From an uncultured Gammaproteobacteria bacterium (lineage in GTDB: Bacteria > Patescibacteriota > Patescibacteriia > Magasanikbacterales > GWA2-37-8): a stretch of 64,000 nt of DNA. The stretch covers positions 312,982 through 376,981 of the forward strand of contig CAZEDL010000001.1 of NCBI GenBank assembly GCA_964510885.1. The letters run 5' to 3'. Shown piece after piece: positions 56,776 to 64,000 of the stretch; positions within the stretch are counted from its first letter, which is position 1, and each line of letters begins with the position of its first letter. Under the pieces are notes generated by a model. That model searched no databases. It saw nothing but the letters and a program-made list of their open reading frames with translations, and was not told the DNA's origin. Position numbers and translations under genes: made by a program.

Positions 56776-56809
56776 TTAAAAAATCCTGCTTCTAGGCAGG
56801 ATTTTTTAA
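56776..56809. terminator. Bidirectional terminator
   Basis: TTAAAAAATCCTGC-TTCTAG-GCAGGATTTTTTAA. Confidence 0.85.
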
Positions 56810-57727
56810 TTAACCTCTCTGATTTTGTAGTTGTAATGCTGCTTGTAACTCGGTAACGCCAGCTCTTGCCAAAGTATCAGGATCGTTCATAAATCCGGCG
56901 ACCAGATAACCATCTGGGCTGCCTGATTGACTTAGCACGTTCACTGTAACAGGAATTCTGTCTTCTTTTTTTCTTGTTCCCCACAGTCTGCCTGGAACTT
57001 CATTAGAACGAACAACAACGAATGGTATCTCGGCAATTACGTATGATGTTGGTACCGTGCCGACAAAGGCTTCGGCGCTTTTTTTACGAGCCTTATTATA
57101 TGCAGATACACAGTTAGATAGAGCGGTGATAAATTGTGCCAGTTCCCGTGGTTTTTCATTTTCATTAAATTCACCTTGCTTTCTAAAATTAGCGATCACC
57201 AGGTCTAAATTTTCTTTGGCTCGGCTGATTTCATTGGCTCTTTCAGCTTCTTGAGCTATATCCTGTTTAGTTTTTTGAACAATCGCTTCTTGGCGTAATA
57301 TTTCCTCGACTGCCAGGCGCAGCCCTCCGGCTTCAGGAAAATTATTGAGCGGCACACCCCCTGATTCCCGGCCGCCAGCCATATATTTGAGCCAGTGCCT
57401 AACAGTTACTGTATCAAACGAGCGCCCTTTAGCGTCTGTCATCTTGTCAGGCCATGATGCGACGATTTCAATAAATTTAGAGAAACTGGCCTCGCCCCTA
57501 TTAGCCAGCTCTAAAAAGCTGCTGTTATCTAAAAAAGCTTGGGCTTTCGCAGTCGGATCTGGTTCACGGTCTCCTGCCACATCGACTACGGGATGGGCGC
57601 CGGCATGTCGCGGATTTATCTCCGCGCGACGCTGTGCGTTGCTAGGCGGCTTCACATCCTGAGATCTAACCAGTATATCGAACCGAGGATCGCCCTCACC
57701 AAATCTAGGCTTGTCTCCTTGTGACAT
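56810..57727 (-). CDS. Hypothetical protein
   Basis: 305-aa ORF directly downstream of secA with a central coiled-coil-like region. Confidence 0.7.
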   Translation of the reverse strand: MSQGDKPRFGEGDPRFDILVRSQDVKPPSNAQRRAEINPRHAGAHPVVDVAGDREPDPTAKAQAFLDNSSFLELANRGEASFSKFIEIVASWPDKMTDAKGRSFDTVTVRHWLKYMAGGRESGGVPLNNFPEAGGLRLAVEEILRQEAIVQKTKQDIAQEAERANEISRAKENLDLVIANFRKQGEFNENEKPRELAQFITALSNCVSAYNKARKKSAEAFVGTVPTSYVIAEIPFVVVRSNEVPGRLWGTRKKEDRIPVTVNVLSQSGSPDGYLVAGFMNDPDTLARAGVTELQAALQLQNQRG

Positions 57728-57743
57728 AAATAGCTAATTTAGA

Positions 57744-60635
57744 TTATTTTTTACTCATCAATTGCTGATGTTCGGGCGTATTGAGCGCACCACACTTTTT
57801 GAACTTTTTCCCGGAACCGCAGGGGCAGGCTTCATTGCGACCGACTTCTTTATTACCAGAGGCCTGGATATTACCAGACACAACGGCCGCTTCGCCAGGT
57901 TGCACAGCACCACCCCCCATTGTCTTCTCAGCTCCGGCAAATTGCATATTGCCGCGCTCCATAACACTTGGGGCGAGTTGCATACCTAGGCTCATTTTGA
58001 AAATAGTGAAGACTACTTCTTGGTTGATAAGACTAAGGAGCTCATTGAACATGCGATAGGTCTCTTTTTTGTATTCCACCAGCGGATCGCGCTGGCCATA
58101 GCCGCGTAGGCCAATACCGGTGCGGAGGTAATCAATAGCTACCAGATGTTCTACCCAGAGGTTATCGATCGAGCGCAGCAAAATTTGTTTCTCGATTTCA
58201 AGCAATACTTCAGGGTGCGGTGATTTTTTAACAAGCAGTTCATCATATTTTTGTTTGGCTAATTCAAACAAATATTCAATGATGTGGGTGCGCTCGGTGA
58301 CGGCTTCAAGTTTAGCGTCATTTTTTGGACTAAATGATAATAATTTAGATTTTTCTGCATCTGTGAACGGAAATATAGTGGCCATGGTCCCGTATACTTC
58401 CTCAAGATCCCAGGCACGCTCATCTTCGGCATTGGTGTGGAGCGAGACGATTTGTTCGATCTCGGTTTCAATCATCTCAAAGATACGCTGGCGTGCAGTG
58501 AGCGGAGCCTCGGGAATAGCGGCGCCAGTTTCGATGGCGGTGGAAATAGCTGGTGGCAACGTTGGAACCACTTGCCCGGTAGCAGCCAGCGCCAGCTTGT
58601 CTTTTTCCTCGTGATAGCTCTGCAGAATCTTGCGGCGGAGGCCATAGATAACTTCGCGATGGCGATTCAAGACGTCGTCGTATTCAAGGAGGTGTTTGCG
58701 GGTATCGAAATGAAAGCCCTCCACTTTGCGCTGAGCTGATTCGATGAGGCGGGTAATGGCGCCTTGTTCGATCGGCATATCATCTGGAACTTTGAGTGCG
58801 ATCATGGCGCGCTTTAGGCGTTCGCCGGCAAAGATACGCATCAAATCATCTTCGGTGGACAGGAAGAATTGCGATTGACCAGGATCGCCTTGGCGGGCAG
58901 CGCGTCCGCGGAGCTGATTATCGATGCGGCGGCTTTCGTGGCGCTCGGTGCCGATGACGAATAATCCGCCGGCACCTTTGGCTTTGGCACTTTCGGCAGC
59001 TTCGGGCGGATTACCGCCGAGGATAATATCTACCCCGCGGCCAGCCATATTGGTGGCGAGCGTCACGGCGCCCGTGCGTCCGGCCTGAGCAATAATCTCA
59101 CCTTCGCGTTCATGATTTTTGGCATTGAGGACTTGATAGGACACGCCTTCTTGTTCGAGATACACCGCGAGCAATTCATTTTTAGCTACCGAAATAGTGC
59201 CGATAAGCACCGGTTCGCCAGCAGCCTGCAATTCTTTGACGCGTTTCGCGATGGCGCGGAATTTGGCATCTTCGGTGCGGTAAATGCGATCAGGATTATC
59301 GATACGAGCTTTAAGTTTGTTGGGTGGCACCACCACTACTTCGAGATGATAAATCTTGCCAAATTCTTCGGCTTCGGTGACGGCGGTACCGGTCATGCCG
59401 GACAGTTTTTTGTACAGGCGGAAATAATTTTGGAAGGTAACAGTGGCCATGGTTTGGCTTTCGCGCTGAATCGCCACGCGTTCTTGGGCTTCGATTGCTT
59501 GGTGCAGGCCTTCGCTATACCGGCGGCCCGGCATTTTGCGGCCGGTGAATTCGTCGACGATGATAACTTCGTTGTTTTCGACTACGTAATCGCGATCACG
59601 TTTGAAGAGGGCACGAGCGCGCAAAGCCTGTTCAACATGGTGCACAGTAGTGATGCCGCCTTCGGCATAAATATTATCAACACCCAGCCACTGTTCAATT
59701 TTTTTGAGGCCCGCATCGGTGAGGCTGGCGGAGCGCATTTTTTCGTCGACATTGTAATCATCAGTTTCACTAAGCTGCTTTACTAGATCAGCAAATTTAT
59801 AATAGCGATCGGCCGCCTCTTCGGCTGGTGCGGAAATAATGAGGGGGGTGCGGGCTTCATCGATCAAAATGGAGTCAACTTCATCAACAATGGCAAAATT
59901 CAACTGCGGCTGACAGATTTGTTCCAGGCTTTGCACCATATTGTCACGCAGATAATCAAAGCCGAATTCATTATTGGTACCATAGATAATATCGCATTTG
60001 TAAACCTGTTGGCGCGAGCACGATTCGAGGTAGTCGTATTCAACCTTGAAGGTGCCAATTGCATCGCGTTCGCGGTCGGCTGGGCTACCTTCGGCGAGAC
60101 TCTGAGCCGGATCAGTGGCCCTGGCCTCTGCTGAATAACGGTATGACACTAATTGATTCTGAATAACACCGATAGTGAGGCCGAGGAAATCATAGATCTG
60201 TCCCATCCAGACCGCGTCGCGTTTGGCCAAATAATCATTGACGGTGACTAGATGTACACCTTTGCCAGTCAGCGCATTCAGATATACTGGTAAGGTGGCT
60301 GTGAGTGTTTTACCTTCACCGGTATGCATTTCGGCGATAGAGCCGCGATGGAGCACAATGCCACCAATCAGCTGCACATCGAAGTGGCGCATGCCGGTGA
60401 GGCGCTTACTCGCTTCGCGCACGGTGGCAAAGGCTTCGGGCAAAATATCATCGAGTGTTTCGCCTTTGCTCAGGCGAATTTTGAACTCGGCCGTTTTATC
60501 TTTGAGCTGATTATTACTGAGGCCGACAAAGTCTGGTTCGAGCGCATTGATACGATCTACGATCGGCTGAATCTGGCGGATTACTTTGGCATTCGGATCA
60601 CCGAATAATTTGGTCAGGAAAGACATATTCTTCAT
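57744..60635 (-). CDS. secA: Preprotein translocase ATPase SecA
   Basis: MHTGEGKT, VDEVDSILIDEARTPLIIS, ATNMAGRG, RRIDNQLRGR, SEC-C GRNEACPCGSGKKFKKC. The start may be 60626. Confidence 0.98.
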   Translation of the reverse strand: MKNMSFLTKLFGDPNAKVIRQIQPIVDRINALEPDFVGLSNNQLKDKTAEFKIRLSKGETLDDILPEAFATVREASKRLTGMRHFDVQLIGGIVLHRGSIAEMHTGEGKTLTATLPVYLNALTGKGVHLVTVNDYLAKRDAVWMGQIYDFLGLTIGVIQNQLVSYRYSAEARATDPAQSLAEGSPADRERDAIGTFKVEYDYLESCSRQQVYKCDIIYGTNNEFGFDYLRDNMVQSLEQICQPQLNFAIVDEVDSILIDEARTPLIISAPAEEAADRYYKFADLVKQLSETDDYNVDEKMRSASLTDAGLKKIEQWLGVDNIYAEGGITTVHHVEQALRARALFKRDRDYVVENNEVIIVDEFTGRKMPGRRYSEGLHQAIEAQERVAIQRESQTMATVTFQNYFRLYKKLSGMTGTAVTEAEEFGKIYHLEVVVVPPNKLKARIDNPDRIYRTEDAKFRAIAKRVKELQAAGEPVLIGTISVAKNELLAVYLEQEGVSYQVLNAKNHEREGEIIAQAGRTGAVTLATNMAGRGVDIILGGNPPEAAESAKAKGAGGLFVIGTERHESRRIDNQLRGRAARQGDPGQSQFFLSTEDDLMRIFAGERLKRAMIALKVPDDMPIEQGAITRLIESAQRKVEGFHFDTRKHLLEYDDVLNRHREVIYGLRRKILQSYHEEKDKLALAATGQVVPTLPPAISTAIETGAAIPEAPLTARQRIFEMIETEIEQIVSLHTNAEDERAWDLEEVYGTMATIFPFTDAEKSKLLSFSPKNDAKLEAVTERTHIIEYLFELAKQKYDELLVKKSPHPEVLLEIEKQILLRSIDNLWVEHLVAIDYLRTGIGLRGYGQRDPLVEYKKETYRMFNELLSLINQEVVFTIFKMSLGMQLAPSVMERGNMQFAGAEKTMGGGAVQPGEAAVVSGNIQASGNKEVGRNEACPCGSGKKFKKCGALNTPEHQQLMSKK

Positions 60636-60720
60636 GAAAACATTATCATTAAAGCATTAAAACATGAAAACAGTGACTGATTTTTTTGTTTTAATGTTTT
60701 CGTATTTTCAGGTTTTAATG
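60633..60720. repeat. 8-nt periodic inverted repeat immediately upstream of secA
   Basis: CATGAAAA..CATTAAAG CATTAAAA CATGAAAA CAGT; the reverse complement of the other arm reads CATTAAAA CCTGAAAA TACGAAAA CATTAAAA CA. Confidence 0.7.
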
Positions 60721-60751
60721 AGTATAACCTTAACATTTTATACTAAAAAAA

Positions 60752-60778
60752 ACAAGGCTCTGTTGAGCCTTATTTTTA
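60752..60778 (-). terminator. Terminator after the GC-rich lipoprotein
   Basis: AAGGCTC-TGTT-GAGCCTT stem flanked by A/T runs. Confidence 0.65.
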
Positions 60779-60892
60779 ATCCCGATCACGCGGCCAGAGT
60801 TGACCGATTTATGGGGATGCGCCTGGCGAGAGGCGCGAGATTCGACCGCGCCGACGGAGGGGTGCTCACAGAGGGGGCGGGAAAGGGAAGGG

Positions 60893-61648
60893 TTACGGGC
60901 TGCTGAACTGGCACTCAGCGCGATCGCCCCCAATGCGATTGGCAAGCACCATGTCGTGCTGCAGCGACGGGATGAACGCCGTCGACGTGTAGACGCGGTA
61001 GATCCCGAGGTCGTCGGTGCCAGCGAGACTCCTGATGTGCAGGCGGGCATCATCGTCCGTCACGCACTCGCCCACGCTGGCGAATGGCACGCCGGTGATG
61101 TGGGTGTTGGTGGCGCGCTCGTAGCAGTCGACCGACCCCCAGTGCCTCGCCTCCACCTCCAGGTGCTCGCAGACCGTGGCCGAGACGAGCTCGCCGGGGC
61201 GAAGCGAGTTGGGGTGATCGCCCATCCAGATCTTCTCGACGGTCCTGTCAGCCGCCGTCACAGTGATCTGGTAGTTGGTCTCGGGCAAGAGCGGGATCTG
61301 ATCCTGCGGCAGCACACAGTCCATGAAGCCCGGGATGCGCTGGCAGCTGTAGACCACGTTGTAGACCGTCGGGGTCACAGTGACCGTCGGCGGACCCGCG
61401 GCCGCCTTGTCGAAGCAGATGCGCAGGTGGCGCCCCCTGAGGCCGGCGGGCCAGGTGGCGTGGGGCAGGATCTTCAGCGAACCGACCGGCTCGCCGAGCT
61501 TGTCACAGGGGTTGCGCGCCGGGCGCGTATCAGCGCCCGTCTCGATGAGAGACGACGCACCGTCGCCGCCACCATCCACTTCGCCACAGGCCGGGGCCAG
61601 GAGCAGCAAGAACGCTGCCAGGAGCAGCTGAGAAACATGCGAACGCAT
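60893..61648 (-). CDS. GC-rich Cys-rich orphan lipoprotein
   Basis: Lipobox LAPAC, SD GAGGTGA, strongly G/C-ending codons, upstream TTGACA-17-TAGTTT near 61867. Confidence 0.7.
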   Translation of the reverse strand: MRSHVSQLLLAAFLLLLAPACGEVDGGGDGASSLIETGADTRPARNPCDKLGEPVGSLKILPHATWPAGLRGRHLRICFDKAAAGPPTVTVTPTVYNVVYSCQRIPGFMDCVLPQDQIPLLPETNYQITVTAADRTVEKIWMGDHPNSLRPGELVSATVCEHLEVEARHWGSVDCYERATNTHITGVPFASVGECVTDDDARLHIRSLAGTDDLGIYRVYTSTAFIPSLQHDMVLANRIGGDRAECQFSSP

Positions 61649-61885
61649 CTAGTCACCTCTATCATGGAAATGTTGGTCGGAAGCGGGGTGGACCGTCTCC
61701 TTTCTGTCTTCGCAGGTTTGACCTTGTCCTGCTTGACCGAAAATATACTTGGCACAGTATGCTTTCGTTCAAGCAGGAATCGTTACTTCGCATAATAAAG
61801 AACAAAAAATTAGGGTAATGCCCTAATTAATTTTTTAAAAACTACCACATTTTTACCTTTTTGTCAACCTTTTTAGACACTATTT

Positions 61886-62629
61886 TTAGATTTTACTTTG
61901 CCTTGATTTTTGTTTCATTTCTTCTTTATACCCCCGGCTATATTTGGCGATCCGATCAAAAATGCCCGTCTTGCCGATGATTGGATTCAGCCACCCCGAA
62001 GTAATGCAAAAGTAGGTGCGGAACGGAGCGGTGTGATGCACTTGATGATGGGTGGGTGAGAGAATAATGCGATACTTTTGCAGCAGTTTAATAAACCGCG
62101 GCGGATTGTCTAGGTGCGCCCAGCCATGAATTTGATTGGTTAAAAATATAAAGATGAGTAAAAACCATATCAATTCGCCGAGTAAAAAATTACCAGCACT
62201 GCTAGCGACATTAAGCCAATAGTACATCGGGATGAGCAGGAACAGGGACAGGAAAGAATTAGTCCCATTAACCTCTAAAAAGCTGTGGCGGGTAATTGCT
62301 TTCTCATCAACATGATGTTCGCGGAACGGGTGGATGAAATTTGGGCCGATGATGGGAGTGGTTTCGGAGCCAAAAGTGTCGCCGAGAAAATGTACCACGC
62401 CCGAGACTAGGTCAGCGCCAATATATGAAATAACTGGCACAATAAGAGCGATTAGCACTATCCACCAGGCCGACAGGATTGAAGCATTGACTACTAATTC
62501 CATTAGAAAAGCAATCGCAAAGCCGCCAAACAAACAGACGCTGATAAATTCAATTATTTTATAATAGGTGGGGCGAAATTTTTCGTGATCAAGTCGTGGT
62601 GTAGGAGCCGAGGTAACGTTATTCATCAT
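61886..62629 (-). CDS. CarF/TMEM189/FAD4-family lipid desaturase
   Basis: SGVVHFLGD, FREHH, ITRH, QIHGWAH, HHQVHH, YFCITSGWLN. Confidence 0.88.
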   Translation of the reverse strand: MMNNVTSAPTPRLDHEKFRPTYYKIIEFISVCLFGGFAIAFLMELVVNASILSAWWIVLIALIVPVISYIGADLVSGVVHFLGDTFGSETTPIIGPNFIHPFREHHVDEKAITRHSFLEVNGTNSFLSLFLLIPMYYWLNVASSAGNFLLGELIWFLLIFIFLTNQIHGWAHLDNPPRFIKLLQKYRIILSPTHHQVHHTAPFRTYFCITSGWLNPIIGKTGIFDRIAKYSRGYKEEMKQKSRQSKI

Positions 62630-62632
62630 AAT

Positions 62633-63607
62633 TTAGATATCAACCTGAGTAGTAGCAAAAACTTCACTATAATAGTGCAGGCAATTTTTGAGGCACGACC
62701 AATAGCCTTCTTCGGCATATTGGTAGCCTTCTTTTTGCAAATATTTTTTTATAATGGGGCGAATCTTACCAAGTATGTGATTTGAGAGCCCTGGGTACAA
62801 ATGGTGCTCGATATGACAATCGACCAACGCATTACCACCCATGCCGACCAAAATCCAGTGCGGGCGCAAATTGCGGGTGGTTTTGGTTTGGTGGGGCAGC
62901 CAGGGCAGGCGGGTAGCCGGATTCTCAAGACCAAGGTGATTGAAGACTGACAGGTGCAAAAACAGCGGTGCAAACAGACTGCGCATAATAAAGGCGTAGC
63001 CAATTGCAGCCGGCACGGAAACTACGAGTGAAAATAGATAAATAGGGAGAAGCCAGCCCGCTAGACCAAGGATACTATATATGGCCATCGCTTTCCATTT
63101 TCCTTTTAGGAAGATAACGCTATGCGCTACCAACCAAAATTGGACTAAAAACGGTGTGATGAAAAAATAGACGTATTTATGCAGCCATGGATAGTAAAAT
63201 TGTTTTTTTTCTTTGCTCGGGACATTCGGGTATACATGATGCACCTGAACATGGCGATGATGCCACCAGAGGCTGCTTTGCGCACACCAAAAGTCAGAAA
63301 AAATATAGGATAAGATGCGATTTAAGTGAGGTGATTTGGTAAAGGCCAGGTGGCTGGTTTCGTGGGTAGCAGTGATGCCTATGCCATAATAGGCATACGA
63401 CAAAATGACGATGCCGATGATTTTGAAGATAGCGCCGGGTACGGTAAAAATTCCATAGCCGAGAGCAAACAAAGCCAATCGGGCAAACAGGGCTACCCAT
63501 TCTTGTCCGTGACGGCTCCACCAGGATTGGGTGCTCACCAGATTGCGGACTTCTTTGGATAATTCTATAAAATTTTTTTCGGAAAAGAGATCGCGTACGT
63601 GCTCCAT
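62633..63607 (-). CDS. Membrane fatty acid desaturase
   Basis: His boxes HETSH, WWHHRHVQVHH, HIEHHLYP; TM segments; probable start ATG 63607. Confidence 0.88.
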   Translation of the reverse strand: MEHVRDLFSEKNFIELSKEVRNLVSTQSWWSRHGQEWVALFARLALFALGYGIFTVPGAIFKIIGIVILSYAYYGIGITATHETSHLAFTKSPHLNRILSYIFSDFWCAQSSLWWHHRHVQVHHVYPNVPSKEKKQFYYPWLHKYVYFFITPFLVQFWLVAHSVIFLKGKWKAMAIYSILGLAGWLLPIYLFSLVVSVPAAIGYAFIMRSLFAPLFLHLSVFNHLGLENPATRLPWLPHQTKTTRNLRPHWILVGMGGNALVDCHIEHHLYPGLSNHILGKIRPIIKKYLQKEGYQYAEEGYWSCLKNCLHYYSEVFATTQVDI

Positions 63608-63683
63608 ACCTAAAATAAAAAAGGTATACAAATTAACTAAAACCCAGTAGAATCCCCTGCAGTATAGCCTAAAAATCAAGATT

Positions 63684-64000
63684 ATGCAACCTCTTAGCCC
63701 ACGGAAAAAAGCTTACATTGGCTTGGCTTTTGTCCTGTTTACCAGCCTTATCTTAGGACTGATTATGATGCGGTCGGCCGCTGAGCGGATTAAAAATGAC
63801 TACCGCCAGCTAGCCTCCCCTACCCTGCTCGATCGGAGTGGACAGATTATTTCAATTCAAAAAAATGCTCGTGGGTATTATGCCCGCTACCTACATACCG
63901 TGCCCGCGAAATTCACTGAGCGCCTGCTGGCCCAAGAAGATCACTATTTTTACTTTCACCCCGGTATTAACCCTATCAGCACACTGCGCGCACTTGGCCG
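63684..64000 (+). CDS. Penicillin-binding protein 1C-like transglycosylase, N-terminal part (runs off the window end)
   Basis: Manual translation: TM, then LLDRSG...LLAQEDHYFYFHPGINPISTLRA (EDxxFxxHxG motif). Confidence 0.8.
   Translation, partial: MQPLSPRKKAYIGLAFVLFTSLILGLIMMRSAAERIKNDYRQLASPTLLDRSGQIISIQKNARGYYARYLHTVPAKFTERLLAQEDHYFYFHPGINPISTLRALG

Noticed and set aside
890-60720. CRISPR array
   Set aside because: The repeats are dispersed inverted pairs, not regularly spaced direct repeats, and no cas genes are present.
61690-61740. c-di-GMP-I riboswitch (GGTCAAACCTGCGAAG on the minus strand)
   Set aside because: It lacks the GNRA-closed P2 and GACGCAAAGC core; the resemblance is superficial.
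60800-61795. 331-aa plus-strand ORF, and the 232-aa minus-strand ORF at 55990-56688
   Set aside because: These are antisense shadows of GC-rich genes; the opposite strands have the SD, lipobox and promoter.

Overview
Chromosomal window from a bacterium that looks like Patescibacteria/CPR (Parcubacteria-like; inferred from the gene families, standard code 11). From the left it holds ligA (partial), type IV pilus genes, a cohesin/dockerin pair and a giant Ser/Thr-rich surface protein. Next come a truncated sensor, cysS, corA, a VirD4-like ATPase, dnaX, tRNA-Gln and an ECF sigma/anti-sigma pair. A ~25 kb block encodes complete de novo purine synthesis (folD, purA, L, M, Q, C, K, E, B, F, D, N, H, a deaminase, guaB, guaA). 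The right end carries secF/secD/secA, several GC-rich orphan secreted proteins, two lipid desaturases and a partial PBP1C. The most striking unexplained structure is three families of inverted-repeat elements without a transposase. Each family has one copy carrying a small gene (GIY-YIG nuclease, DUF559 nuclease, four-helix-bundle protein) and several empty copies. Many copies sit in frame inside purine enzymes or directly against start codons. Removing the DUF559 element exactly at its perfect 35-bp inverted repeats would fuse purD and purN in frame.
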